A DNA stretch of 64,000 bases from Trypanosoma brucei. Taxonomy: Eukaryota. Of the stretch, positions 1 through 10,949 are shown piece by piece. Numbering within the stretch: position 1 is the stretch's first letter; each line of letters starts with the position of its first letter. The position numbers and the translations under genes are program-made. The stretch covers positions 1,344,001 through 1,408,000 of the forward strand of contig CP000066.1 of the NCBI GenBank assembly GCA_000002445.1, in the 5' to 3' direction. Below the pieces are notes generated by a model. That model searched no databases. It was not told where the DNA came from and was given only the letters and a program-made list of their open reading frames with translations.

Positions 1-509
1 CATGACATTTAGGTGCCACACCCGTCGCACCCCGTTAAGTGAGTAACAGCGATATAAATTAAAAACAAAAAAAGAAAAATAACGTCAGAACCAGAAGAAA
101 TACAAAACAACGCCAGCCAAAAACAGAAAATAAAAATGATGCAGAGCACAAACGTCGATATGGGGAGCAGGAGCCACACCTGCCACACTGCCCTAAACGG
201 ATAAACAATAAAAGGGCTCGCGTTACTAAACACAAGCAATATAGAACAATAACAAAACTTACCCAGCTCTTTATACTACCTCTACAACAACAAAATAATA
301 AAGATATATATATATATATATCAGCGATACTACTGTTCCTTTGGACATATATCATCGATCGAAAAAACACGAAAAGAGGCCTTCCCCCAAATGTAAAGAC
401 CCATTCGTACAATCCAATTTTTTCGTGTTGCAGTCTCGCACGTCTCAGCAACACTGCATATCCCTTCAGCCCATAATCCCAACAGACACACGCATATAAA
501 CCGCAAAGC

Positions 510-2492
510 CTAAATAAGAGCAAACTCTCGAACACTGTCAAGGACGGTACGCGCCTTCGTTAAAGCAGTCATCATCGCCGTGGTGGCGCTTCGTTGCTGA
601 GCAATTTGTGGTGGCTCCGCAAGCAACTCTCCAACGGTCCTTTCAGAATACAGTTTTCGCACCAACCTGGCATACACATCCTCACGCAACTTAGTTATCA
701 TGAGAAGAGTGATCGCTTTCGGTACCTGATCAGCAACATTACTCTTCACAACAGCAAAGTAGCCCTCCACCATCTCACGAATTGCATCGTTGATATACTG
801 TTCATGCGTTGACATTTTACCGTTCAACTTAATGGAAGATGGTACAGCACCCATGTTGGATTTCTCCCCTTGAGAGACGGCAGATTCTATCAGTCCTTTG
901 ACACCTTTATCCTTGCTCACCTTCGCCTTACCCTTATCTTTATCATTTTCATTACCACCTTCCTCCTTTGACTCTTGGGCATTGCCACCAAATATTTTGA
1001 TGAACGATCGCTGCACAAGATCCTCCATCAGTGGATGTTTCACATTGATGAAACCACGTTCAGCAGCAATGATTGTTTTAACATGCTCTACCGTGGGCGC
1101 ACGGAATTCATTCAGCGCCTCACGGCATATATCCACAACAGCCTGCTTCAGTTTGGGGAAGCGCTCCAACTTGATTGAGCAGGCGTCGACGATCTTTATG
1201 AGTTCCTCGTACGTAAATTGCACGCACTTGAGTGACGGATCCTCCAAGCGCCCGATCTGCTGTTTTGCAAGTGCAACAAACACGTGATCTGATGGAAACA
1301 GGGACGCGTGCATACCAGCCATGTTCCGTGCATTAATGCGAATATACTCGTCGGTAAGGTCATTCTTCGCACTGATGCCGTTAACATATGTAGAGAAACA
1401 TTCATGGAATATATAGTCAAGGCGGGCGCCACCAAGCAGTTCCTTAGAAGCATCCGATGCACCGCCATCAATTGTGTGGCTGAGTGTGTCGCAAAACACT
1501 TTGATTAATGCCAGCATGCTAGCACCAGGATCGATATTGTCTTGCTCACGCATACCAAGCCTTTCCATCTGTTTCCTTGTATCATCCAAGAGCTTGTCTA
1601 CATGACTCTTTAACTCTGGAATAACCATCTTGATGTGCTCGAGCAAGAGACCATTTAACTTCTGTGTCAGGTACTCTGTGCCCTGTGTGTCAGCAATGGA
1701 CGCATATGCCGGGTGGTTGCGAAAAAATTCCTTTTCATCGTCACGAGCCGCTTGCATCCCCTTTGATGTATTTATATCATGTTGGCTGCGGTTAACGACA
1801 CCAACGAAGCCGTGTCGAAGAGGCAAAACCTTCCCAGTAAGGATGTCGTACGCATTAGTGCCGCGATCCATAAGGTCCAGTTTCGTTAACACCCCAAGGG
1901 TCCTCAGACCTTCGGGATCCAACTGCTTGGCTATCTGGAGCGAAGAGCTCGTGGCCAAGTCAGCGTTTGCAGGAGATATCGCAAGAATAATTGTGTTTGA
2001 AGGAGAGATGTAACGCGTTACCATACTCTTGATCTGCCGATCGATATCTTTTGGTTGGTCACCAACGGCGTTCATCACGAGCCCGGGAAGATCGACAAGT
2101 GTCAGGTTAAGCACATGGGATGAGTAAATCTTGAGATTAATAGGCTTATCCGTAATAGCGGAGTGCCCAGCAACTTCCGTTGTACGGTTCTGAATCTCCT
2201 CATTGATCTCAGAAAAATCAAAAAACTTCTTATTGGGTCTGTGGAGAAACTCACCCCATTCATCCTTGTTTGACCTTGGTAACTGTACCAGCTGCAAAAC
2301 CAGTGGGCACCGTGTCACAATGCCTGAACCACGAGGAAGGAAATCCTTACCGACAATAGCCTCCAGCACACTGCTTTTGCCGGCACTCTGACTTCCCACA
2401 ACAGCAATCTGTGGGAGGTTAAGCTTGATGTTCATCTTGACATTTGCAAAGGCATCGTGTAGGTCATTGACGACCGAGATGAGTCGCTCCAT
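510..2492 (-). CDS. DLP: Dynamin-like protein (large GTPase). The product contains the GTPase P-loop GSQSAGKSS, a dynamin middle domain and a GED.
   Basis: 660-aa ORF with an ATG start (cat at 2490-2492 on the plus strand). The N-terminus MERLISVVNDLHDAFANVKMNIKLNLPQIAVVGSQSAGKSSVLEAIVGKDFLPRGSGIVTRCPLVLQL is a canonical dynamin G1/G2 region. The gene is downstream-most in the minus-strand PTU; positions 1-509 are its 3' flank. Confidence 0.9.
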   Translation of the reverse strand: MERLISVVNDLHDAFANVKMNIKLNLPQIAVVGSQSAGKSSVLEAIVGKDFLPRGSGIVTRCPLVLQLVQLPRSNKDEWGEFLHRPNKKFFDFSEINEEIQNRTTEVAGHSAITDKPINLKIYSSHVLNLTLVDLPGLVMNAVGDQPKDIDRQIKSMVTRYISPSNTIILAISPANADLATSSSLQIAKQLDPEGLRTLGVLTKLDLMDRGTNAYDILTGKVLPLRHGFVGVVNRSQHDINTSKGMQAARDDEKEFFRNHPAYASIADTQGTEYLTQKLNGLLLEHIKMVIPELKSHVDKLLDDTRKQMERLGMREQDNIDPGASMLALIKVFCDTLSHTIDGGASDASKELLGGARLDYIFHECFSTYVNGISAKNDLTDEYIRINARNMAGMHASLFPSDHVFVALAKQQIGRLEDPSLKCVQFTYEELIKIVDACSIKLERFPKLKQAVVDICREALNEFRAPTVEHVKTIIAAERGFINVKHPLMEDLVQRSFIKIFGGNAQESKEEGGNENDKDKGKAKVSKDKGVKGLIESAVSQGEKSNMGAVPSSIKLNGKMSTHEQYINDAIREMVEGYFAVVKSNVADQVPKAITLLMITKLREDVYARLVRKLYSERTVGELLAEPPQIAQQRSATTAMMTALTKARTVLDSVREFALI

Positions 2493-2760
2493 AGGATCAA
2501 AAGTATCTAATAAAGGTGTAAGATATTAGTGTGCATGTGTGTGTGAAGAGGGGGAGATATAAACATCAACAAGGAAAGAACCACATGCAAGAACAATGAT
2601 AACGAACATAAGGTGGGAATTCGGAAGACACTGTCACACATTTATCGTCACAGAGGTAGATTTTGCCTCATAGAAGAAGAGGGAAATATGATCTATTTTA
2701 CAGGGTATGAGGTTGTGCGGCCCCCCTTACCTAGTCACAGCAGTATGGATCAGTAATCTT

Positions 2761-3912
2761 TCACCCGGTTCCATCCTCATTTTTATCGTCACTCAGAAGA
2801 CCAAGCAACCGCTGTCGCCGCCGCCTCGCCTCAGAAACCTCCTGCAAAACGTGTGGTGCGTACGGTATCCTAATTCGCAGTTCACCATTCACCGAGCTGC
2901 GTTGTACATTAACACCCGAGGGAGCAACCTCTTGGCTTAACGGAACCTGGATGAGTTTCTCCTTAACAAACACTCGTATGTAGTTCACTTCCACTTGTAC
3001 GTCAATTAGCGTTGTGGAGAGGAATCTCGGTACCTTCACTGTCAACACAACTGCTTCACCATCATCCGCTTCCTCGTCAAGAGTGAAGGGGAGTTTGGGT
3101 TCGTTTCTCAGCAGAAGCCGCCCGTGCTTCGCTATCTCCTCCTCCGCAGTGAGACGCTGCGGCTTCCTTTCCAACTCTTCACGTATCGCGCCGAACTGAC
3201 TAGACCGCTCACGTTCCCGTTGCTCTTCCCTTTTGCGCCTCTCCTCCTCCTCCTTCTCGCGCAGCATCTGGAGCCGCTCCTCTGGAGTATGGCCATATAA
3301 ACGCTCACCCTTCTCGTTGTATCGTGGCGGAAAGGGGTCAACGCCTCGTGCAACCATCTCTGACTTGATACGCTCCGCTTCCTGCAGTCGCAGTGCCTCC
3401 TCATTCACAGCGACTGAAATGTCGTCTTTGCTTTGACGCGCCTCCAGCCGCTCTGTCTTAATTACCTCTTCTCCATCGAGCTCACGCAGCTGCGGCAGCG
3501 CGTGCACAACGTAGGCACGGTACCCGGCCACCTTCGTGCATGGGTTTCCAGTAAGATGCAACTGGTCCAGGAAAGCGTTCGCCCGCAGGCGCTCCACGCA
3601 TGTCACGTCCGCCACAAAGTTCAGCGTCAGATCCAGACGCTCCAGGGCCTCACATCCCTCGAGACCTTCGATGTAAGTAATATTGTTCACAGCAAGGTTC
3701 AAATATTTGAGATACTTGAGATGCTGTAGGCCCTCGATGCGGGAAATGTAGTTGTTGCACAAGTATAGGATCTCCAGCTCACGACACGCGTCCCCAATGA
3801 GCTCGATCCTTTCAATGTCCTGCTGATGCAGTGCCACCTCCTTCAGGTTGCTTAGGCAACCTTCATTGTGCTCCGCGCGACGCCGAAGAAGGTCGGTAGT
3901 GATGCGGCCCAT
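2761..3912 (-). CDS. Leucine-rich repeat protein, TilB/LRRC6-like. It has N-terminal SDS22-type LRRs, a central charged coiled coil and a C-terminal CS/p23-like beta domain.
   Basis: LRR consensus repeats: LEILYLCNNYISRIEGLQHLKYLKYLNLAVNNITYIEGLEGCEALERLDLTLNFV. A KREEQRERE coiled coil is followed by VVLTVKVPRFLSTTLIDVQVEVNYIRVFV (CS-like). The track start at 3927 is TTG; the first ATG gives MGRITTD at 3912. Confidence 0.6.
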   Translation of the reverse strand: MGRITTDLLRRRAEHNEGCLSNLKEVALHQQDIERIELIGDACRELEILYLCNNYISRIEGLQHLKYLKYLNLAVNNITYIEGLEGCEALERLDLTLNFVADVTCVERLRANAFLDQLHLTGNPCTKVAGYRAYVVHALPQLRELDGEEVIKTERLEARQSKDDISVAVNEEALRLQEAERIKSEMVARGVDPFPPRYNEKGERLYGHTPEERLQMLREKEEEERRKREEQRERERSSQFGAIREELERKPQRLTAEEEIAKHGRLLLRNEPKLPFTLDEEADDGEAVVLTVKVPRFLSTTLIDVQVEVNYIRVFVKEKLIQVPLSQEVAPSGVNVQRSSVNGELRIRIPYAPHVLQEVSEARRRRQRLLGLLSDDKNEDGTG

Positions 3913-4119
3913 TGCTTGTATGAACAATTAAAACAAAGGTCCGCTGCTTATGCCGCCCGCCCTATAAGCAACAGGATACTCTATACCTTGAAGAAGGAAC
4001 GGAAAGAAGTGATGAAATAGGGAGAACGCGGCAATACCGGAATGCTGATGCACTAATGGGACCGCATAGCACCGCTACGGAATTCTCGATAGAAACTACA
4101 CCCGAGACCATTACGTACC

Positions 4120-5394
4120 TCAGAGTGGCGGCATGGTGGGGGCTCCACAGCTACTATCCCCAAATGCCATCTGCAGTGCCCGCCGCGCGTCGTCAAAACG
4201 CTGGTGATCCCCAGACAACATCGCCTCGTCCACCACCTCAGTGTGGCGCAGCAGCACCGTGTCTTCGTCGCGCAGTTTGTGTCTGTACTCATAGTGTCCC
4301 AGCCGCACCAACTCACGCCCCGCAACGGACGCGCGCATAAGCGTCAGGAAGGTGTCCATCAACACCTCGTAGAACGGTGACGACATGGCATGCCGCCGCA
4401 GCAGCATGTGCAAGCCTGACACCGTTGAGTCCAGCGCCTCGTGCGAGCCTGCGGGAAAGACGGCGCGGATAGCATCACGGTGGCGGAAGTGGTAGTCAAG
4501 GCGGCGTCCGAACACGAACTCACGCGCCGCATGATTTGTGCATGCCATCGCTATGGTTGCTACAGCGCATGAGGGCAACGGAGATCCCAGTGGAAGTCCC
4601 AGCACACCATTCACCAGCTGCTCTGTTGCACTAGTCGCGTGCTGCAGATAAGACATCGTCGCTGACACGGACCCAGGGTACTCACTACTTACCAACCCGG
4701 CACCCATGCTACACAGTGGTACACACCCGTTCACGAGCGAAAGAATTTCCGCTGCCAATGGTCCATCTAACCACGTAACACTCTCTCGTCGCCAGAGCCG
4801 CTCCGTCAGCGACTGCAATGAACGGGAAAGCTCAACGTCAGCCTTACCACCCAAAGCGAACGAAAGCGTGACACCGCTATTCCTATTGGCATCACCTCCA
4901 TCACACGCAGCCGCAGACGTCACGGCCCATTCCCTTGCAAAAAGAGGCCCGGACACAACAACTAACTTCGATGGCAGATCCTGAGACACCCGCCCAAGCT
5001 GCTCCAGTGGCGTCAAGCCTTCTCTAGTAAAACCACGTGTGAACAGGAGCATCGGCGCGTCAGCGTGATTCTGCGCGCACCTAACCATCGGGGGCGTATG
5101 AGCGCCGTCATTTTCCAGGCACGTCGCTGGGACGCATGAAAGTACAGCATCCACACCTACGTCATCCTTTATGGGCTCCGCATCTACAGCGCGCACTGTC
5201 AACCCCGATGGCGCTCGTATGCGTCGGTCAGCCAGGCGGAAAGTGCGTGAGCCATACTGCACATCATGAAGGTAGTCACGGTCACGCCCTACCATCGTCA
5301 CCTCACAAGACGCGGCCGCCCCATTCGCTAGCAGAGAGAGGGCACATGCAGTCCCCAGCTCCCCACTACCAAGCACAAGTAGTCGGGTGCGCAT
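4120..5394 (-). CDS. NAD-dependent glycerol-3-phosphate dehydrogenase-like protein (divergent GpsA/GPD1 family), putative.
   Basis: N-terminal Rossmann motif LVLGSGELGTACA (compare GSGNWGT of GPDH). Later motifs are VSGPLFAREWA (compare GPxxAxEVA), LVNGCVPLCSMGAG (compare GALKNVIAIAAG) and IAMACTNHAAREFVFGRRL (compare TCxxGRNRxxG). The match is divergent, hence moderate confidence. Confidence 0.5.
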   Translation of the reverse strand: MRTRLLVLGSGELGTACALSLLANGAAASCEVTMVGRDRDYLHDVQYGSRTFRLADRRIRAPSGLTVRAVDAEPIKDDVGVDAVLSCVPATCLENDGAHTPPMVRCAQNHADAPMLLFTRGFTREGLTPLEQLGRVSQDLPSKLVVVSGPLFAREWAVTSAAACDGGDANRNSGVTLSFALGGKADVELSRSLQSLTERLWRRESVTWLDGPLAAEILSLVNGCVPLCSMGAGLVSSEYPGSVSATMSYLQHATSATEQLVNGVLGLPLGSPLPSCAVATIAMACTNHAAREFVFGRRLDYHFRHRDAIRAVFPAGSHEALDSTVSGLHMLLRRHAMSSPFYEVLMDTFLTLMRASVAGRELVRLGHYEYRHKLRDEDTVLLRHTEVVDEAMLSGDHQRFDDARRALQMAFGDSSCGAPTMPPL

Positions 5395-5764
5395 GACAAA
5401 TTCACAGATCTGCCCCGTACCTCACCGCTCCAAACATCAAACCTTGGAGAGGCAACATCAAAGGAGGATAGGGAACAACAAAGACATATGGAGGAGTAGC
5501 AACCGCAGGCTGCAACACTGTAGTGACGGGGAACCAACAAAAAATATGCAAACGCCATGTCCACCACTCACAAGCAAGCTGGTGGGAAGTCTCCCGATGA
5601 ATGGTAAAATAAATGTTACCCACTCATGCGCTAGCAATAAACTTTACCAATACTACCTCCTTCATGTTTCTCATTTCTCCCTCCCCAACCCTAAAAATAA
5701 AATTCACCTGTGTTTCCTGCACACACAGTCATGCGTAGTGGAGCCATGCACAAAATATACTGGC

Positions 5765-8380
5765 TCACCGCGGAAAGAACAGGTAGGAGAGCTTTTGTCC
5801 ACATCCCCACCGGCTCTGTAACCAGCCGCTCATCCTTATGCGCTCCACAGCTCGGTGCACGGCCAGTCGCGCATGAGGAAGCGGATTCAATCGGAAGAAT
5901 TCGTCGAACTCCTTAGCATATGCTTCACCCGTGAGTGAAGAGCCAACAGCTTCCACGATGGCCTGAATCCGAAACGTTCCGCTTCCCCACTGCTTCTCGA
6001 TTCCCTGGAAGTGCTTCTTGAACAGCGACCAGACATAGCCATTTGGAAGAGAGGGGCTTCCCGCCATCGCAGAAAATATCACACCACCATACTGTGACCG
6101 GATACCGTCGTTATAGATACAGCGCTTCGCAATACCCTCGACAAATTCGGCATCCTCGGCATAGCAGACGGCTCGCAGCAACGAGCGGCATAACTCTACG
6201 TTGTCATGAGCCTCCGCAAACCGATTCCACACAGTCTGCGCACGTGCCGAAGTTTCCCCGGGTCCTAAGCGTATATACGCTGCCAGGGACATGGTAAGCG
6301 TGTCGGCGGTATACGTTGACCCTCCCAGATAAGCATCTGCTTCCTTCAGTGCCCACTCAACTGCTGGCAGCGCGAGTGCCTCCTTTGCAGACAGGCAATG
6401 AAGTGCCGTGGAAATGCATGCGTTGATAAAGAAGGCACGCTGCAGGCGCTCCTCTGCCGTACACGGTTCTGTCGAAACAAGCTTCGTCGCCACAACCATA
6501 ATCTGGTACATTAGATTGTGTCGCAGCTCCCGCCGCACGTTGCCATCTTCCACGAATCCAAGGAAGTCATTCATATCGTGGTAGTACTCCTGCCACACTC
6601 CCGCATTCAACTCTCGCTCTGTGAGGACGCACCGGAGGATAGACAAACGCTCCACGTCATTATTTCCCATGTACACGGACGCCAGTGTGTCTGCAATCAA
6701 ACCACAACGGTCAGGGATGGTAAGAGACTTGTATGCCCCCAACAATGACGAGAAGCTTGCTTCATCGTATCTGCAACGAAAGAAGCCTCGCCTCCGCGGG
6801 TTTGCGTTAATCCAGGGCGACTGAGCGAGCTCTTTAGGGAGATCCACACGCTGTTCCCCGCTCCCCCGCAAGGCGACACGGTGGCTGGTCCCATTGGCGC
6901 CTTCCAACACCACAGGCACACACCATAGAGTACTCCTCCGCTCAGTCGCAGAGGCAAATTGACAAGGCTCTTGGCGCAGTATAACTACGCCAGACGATGG
7001 GCGGCTGACGTGGACAAGAGGGAAACCCATCTGTGTTGTGAAAGAATCCATCGCCTCCGTCAGTGGGACCCCAGAGGACTCTTCCAGTGCCTCCCACAGT
7101 TGTTTCGTCGTTGTTGCGCCATAGCGATGCTTTTTGATGTAATGGGCCACCGAAGATGCCCACTTCTCGCCTAGGAACGCCTCTAGCATGTGCACCAGAC
7201 CCATCCCCTTGTCGTAGCTAATCGCGTCGAATATCTGAGTAATCTCCGCGGGATCGCGGATGGGAACTTCCACAGGATGACTGTGCTCGTACATGTCACT
7301 TATCAGTGCGCTCGCCACACTTGCGTTGGCGTCCTCGTTGGCCCTCCATGCCGGCTGTAATTGGTGGGCAGCGTCATAGCCACACCACGAGGCAAATCCC
7401 TCCTTCAGCCATAGTCCTTCCCACCAGTTGACGGTCACCAGGTTGCCAAACCAGTTGTGCGACACCTCGTGGCAGATCAACTCCGCGGCACCCTTCAGTG
7501 CTGCAACACTGGACGTTTCTTCATCCACCAAAATGGCCTCCACGCAGGCAATGCAACCCCAGTTTTCCATCCCCCCGATTGGAAAGTCCGGTACGGCGAC
7601 GACATCTAACTTGGGTAGGGGGTACTTGCAATCAAAGAACTTCTCGAAGTACTCCAATGCAAAGGCGGTAGTGCGGAGTGCGAATGCTGCGCGCTGCAGC
7701 TTTCCAGGTACTGTGTAGACCCTTATCGGTATGCCACAGGTTGTGGTACCAATGTGTTCCAGTTCCCCCACGAAACACGCGGTGAGATATGGAGGCACTG
7801 CGGGCACCATCTCAAAATCATAGGTCACGACATTGGACTCCACCTTCTTCGCACGGAGCGGACCGTTCGACAGCACCGTGTAGTTTTCCATGTCGCACGG
7901 AAGGGACACACGGAGCTTGAAGTCTGCACGGGCTGCCGGCTCGTCCTGACAGATGTAAAAGCAGCGCGCTGCTGTCGGCTCAAAATGCGTAGCAGCCATG
8001 CGGTGCTCCGTGCCGTCACCAGTTTTGAAGCACACACGGTAAAAGCCCCTCATTTCCTCTCGAATTTCTTGCGTGTAGCTGAACGTCACCGTGTGCTCCT
8101 CCGCAGTTTCACCACTCAGCTGCAACTGCAAGGTGCTGGCCTCTTGGTTGTGCCCCACAATTGTCGCCCCACACACCTCGTGAATAGCCATCGTTGAGTT
8201 GTAATGCAACTGCAGCTCCTTTGATCCTTCCACATCAGCCGCCCTTCGCAGTACAATTGTTTCCTTCCCATCGTACTTCCAACCTGCGAGGTCTACGCTG
8301 ACGTGCAAGTCGTAGGACACAGGGACGAAGGGGTTGCGTAACTTCACCGTATTCGCGGCATCTGAGGGGAGAGTTGGCAT
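5765..8380 (-). CDS. M1-family zinc metalloaminopeptidase (aminopeptidase N / puromycin-sensitive aminopeptidase-like).
   Basis: 871 aa. GAMEN motif (GGMENWG), zinc-binding HEVSHNWFGNLVTVNWWEGLWLKEGFASW (HExxH ... E) and a C-terminal ERAP1-like helical domain. Confidence 0.9.
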   Translation of the reverse strand: MPTLPSDAANTVKLRNPFVPVSYDLHVSVDLAGWKYDGKETIVLRRAADVEGSKELQLHYNSTMAIHEVCGATIVGHNQEASTLQLQLSGETAEEHTVTFSYTQEIREEMRGFYRVCFKTGDGTEHRMAATHFEPTAARCFYICQDEPAARADFKLRVSLPCDMENYTVLSNGPLRAKKVESNVVTYDFEMVPAVPPYLTACFVGELEHIGTTTCGIPIRVYTVPGKLQRAAFALRTTAFALEYFEKFFDCKYPLPKLDVVAVPDFPIGGMENWGCIACVEAILVDEETSSVAALKGAAELICHEVSHNWFGNLVTVNWWEGLWLKEGFASWCGYDAAHQLQPAWRANEDANASVASALISDMYEHSHPVEVPIRDPAEITQIFDAISYDKGMGLVHMLEAFLGEKWASSVAHYIKKHRYGATTTKQLWEALEESSGVPLTEAMDSFTTQMGFPLVHVSRPSSGVVILRQEPCQFASATERRSTLWCVPVVLEGANGTSHRVALRGSGEQRVDLPKELAQSPWINANPRRRGFFRCRYDEASFSSLLGAYKSLTIPDRCGLIADTLASVYMGNNDVERLSILRCVLTERELNAGVWQEYYHDMNDFLGFVEDGNVRRELRHNLMYQIMVVATKLVSTEPCTAEERLQRAFFINACISTALHCLSAKEALALPAVEWALKEADAYLGGSTYTADTLTMSLAAYIRLGPGETSARAQTVWNRFAEAHDNVELCRSLLRAVCYAEDAEFVEGIAKRCIYNDGIRSQYGGVIFSAMAGSPSLPNGYVWSLFKKHFQGIEKQWGSGTFRIQAIVEAVGSSLTGEAYAKEFDEFFRLNPLPHARLAVHRAVERIRMSGWLQSRWGCGQKLSYLFFPR

Positions 8381-8638
8381 GTTAAACCCTTGATTGATAA
8401 CTTGTTAACTTGTCTGAAAAGTGAGAAAGCGCAAGGTTGCAATCAGTGAGGACAACACGCGGCAGGAGGGGGGAGGGTTCGAGTTGCGAAAGAGGTGTGA
8501 CAGGGCACAGAACGACCTCCTACAGCACGCAGTACAATCAAAGCGAAAAGGGATTTACACGGTGTAGAGCAATAGAGTTGAACTCGTTTTGGAGTGGTGT
8601 TGTTGAAGATTTGTAGCTGTTGTTAACAAAATGTGGGC

Positions 8639-10498
8639 CTACAAAGGCTTTTCGTTGTTTGTGTATTCGACTAGTTTTTCTGAAAGAAGCCTTATCTGGC
8701 TCTGAAATGCGTTACGCATTCTCTCTGTTTCGTCGTGTTGCTGTTGTTGAATAGCTTCTAATCGGTGTATTTTCTTTTGTGAGCTCTCTATAATCGAACA
8801 TTTATTTGCTAATTCAAGAAGTACGCAGTTCATTTGTGTGTGGTAGCATATGGCAGATAGATCCGTGGAGTAAAGTGCCTGCAAAACTTCGTTTTCATCT
8901 AATATTGTTGGGGTTGCTGTAACTATATTTTGTTGAATCTCTTCCCGTGGCTGTGCATACGACATGTTGGGCAACCCCATCCCTTTGTGCGTATGATTAT
9001 CTGAGACATATGCTGAGGCAGTATTGCAATTCTGTACCCTTTTTGCGAATGATTCAGTGAATTCAGCAATGTGTTGTAGGACCGTTCGCAAGGGGCTTGG
9101 AAGGATGCTACTTGTTAGTTCCCTCAGCAACTCTGCAAGCTTCCCCATTGCCTCTTGCAGATGGTCTGAAGCCCCACAGCCTTGCCACCAAAACCTTTCA
9201 AGTGCTATCATCCACTCAACTGAATCGTAGCTCTCTTGACTCATAACCGTGTGAGAGTCCGAACATATGAATCGGACCGAATTGACTACACCACGTACGG
9301 CGGCTAGGGCCTCCATGATAGAATGTGTCATCGTTTCCACTAGAGTAGGCTTGCCAGCATTCGCATTTCCATTTTGATTACCACCACCCATCATGAAACA
9401 GGCATCGACAAGAAGTCGAGCATGCTCTAACAAAAGTGTTAGCCACCGTTCAACGCTGGATAGAATTTGGTTTTGCGTGATCAATACCTCTGTCATTGTC
9501 TCGTCGGAGGGAGTGGGATTGGCCAACGCAACCTCCAACTTCTCAGCGTGCCCCAAGAGGGAGGTTTTCTGCTCAATGTGTACACCCAGTAGTGTAATAA
9601 GCCGATCCTTGTAGCAGCGTATGTTGCCGGACGTGGTCGACGCCAGGTGTGAGCCGAATGAATCGCGGAGGGAGGTGACAAGGACGGATATCGCCTCCAT
9701 CAGCGTTTTAAAGGAACTGATGACCGCCCTAACCGTGCCTCTCGCGAGGTTTCCACTAACTTCGTGCGGTAGGGTCGTTTGATACTCCTTTCTCAGCGAA
9801 GGCACAACGGTAAGGGAAGTCCCACTTTGGCGGTTACGGCACTGCACTGGCTGCCGCGACAGGGTGAAAAAGTGATGGCAAAAATTAACTAGCGCCTTCT
9901 GAGTGACATAATCCACATTGAGTTGCTCATGTGCCTGCTTCATTGCGTCCGCCAGGCTGCGCAGTTCCATGATCTCTGCTTGCAGCACCTGTAGTTCGGC
10001 CTTCTGTTGGCTGCATTGCGTTTCCCATTCCCGTTTGTGGGTTTCATAGTTTGACTGCAATTCAAAGAGCTGCTTGTGAACATTTTCATTCTCCAAGACG
10101 ATTTTCTCTTGATCCTCAGGGGACAAGTTAATTCCAGTTGACGCAGCACTGGTGGACGACACCTTCTTCGCGTTTAACAAGCCATCAGTTCCATCTGCGC
10201 CTGAGACGAGCGACGAGAGGCCCTTCCACGACGTTTTGCTGGTTGCAACAGCTTGTTTGAGCTTGCGTTCTGCTTCAAGTTCCACTGTCTTTAGTTTCCG
10301 TTGTAGATTTTTATTTTCCTCCTGCACCCGAGCGAGCTCTTCCCCGATGCTCGTCATCTGCTGCCGCAGCTGTTCGTTTTGTTGCTCCAAAACTTGCTTC
10401 TGTTTCGTCACCGTAACAACTGCCTTCTTGAGAAGCGATATTTTTGTTTCGGCATCACTGTTGGCCATCATGGCCGCAACTTCCTCCTTCGTAGACAT
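8639..10498 (-). CDS. Conserved hypothetical protein with an N-terminal coiled coil.
   Basis: 619-aa uninterrupted ORF on the PTU-consistent strand with an ATG start. Heptad-rich N-terminus (LLKKAVVTVTKQKQVLEQQNEQLRQQM...). No recognisable catalytic motif. Confidence 0.5.
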   Translation of the reverse strand: MSTKEEVAAMMANSDAETKISLLKKAVVTVTKQKQVLEQQNEQLRQQMTSIGEELARVQEENKNLQRKLKTVELEAERKLKQAVATSKTSWKGLSSLVSGADGTDGLLNAKKVSSTSAASTGINLSPEDQEKIVLENENVHKQLFELQSNYETHKREWETQCSQQKAELQVLQAEIMELRSLADAMKQAHEQLNVDYVTQKALVNFCHHFFTLSRQPVQCRNRQSGTSLTVVPSLRKEYQTTLPHEVSGNLARGTVRAVISSFKTLMEAISVLVTSLRDSFGSHLASTTSGNIRCYKDRLITLLGVHIEQKTSLLGHAEKLEVALANPTPSDETMTEVLITQNQILSSVERWLTLLLEHARLLVDACFMMGGGNQNGNANAGKPTLVETMTHSIMEALAAVRGVVNSVRFICSDSHTVMSQESYDSVEWMIALERFWWQGCGASDHLQEAMGKLAELLRELTSSILPSPLRTVLQHIAEFTESFAKRVQNCNTASAYVSDNHTHKGMGLPNMSYAQPREEIQQNIVTATPTILDENEVLQALYSTDLSAICYHTQMNCVLLELANKCSIIESSQKKIHRLEAIQQQQHDETERMRNAFQSQIRLLSEKLVEYTNNEKPL

Positions 10499-10949
10499 CC
10501 TATCGAAGGAAGTTAATTTGATAATGCAAGGTGCACGAACAAAGCAAGGATAAACAAAGAAAATACAAGACAGACCTTAACAATATACTTACCTCCGTAA
10601 AATAAAGAGAAGAAAAAGTGAAGATATGAAAATATGGGAATGGGAGAAACGCAAGCAAAACCTCAAGAAAAATTGTGAACGTGCATGGGTAGGGGGCAGG
10701 CATACGTCGCTAAAGATGGACGCGTGCCGGAGCGATGAAAACGGAGGCAACAACGACAAGGATGATACAACCCACGCTTAAAACTACGTGGAGGCGTGAC
10801 AAACATGCCTACCAACCCCGGTTATACACCAGCTTCCACCTTCTCTCCGCAGTAAGGTCACAAAAGCGCCGTCCTTTACTTTGCTTCGGTGATGTGTTTT
10901 CAAGACTGTCGCACCCGATAGGTGAAAGCGGTGCGTGCAGATATGTAAG

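Noticed and set aside
594-2013. Plus-strand ORFs (594..812, 898..1287, 975..1178, 1308..1508, 1630..2013) inside the dynamin-like gene
   Set aside because: They are antisense to, and fully contained in, a strongly supported 660-aa CDS, and no domains are recognisable. They are the typical shadow ORFs of a GC-balanced coding region.
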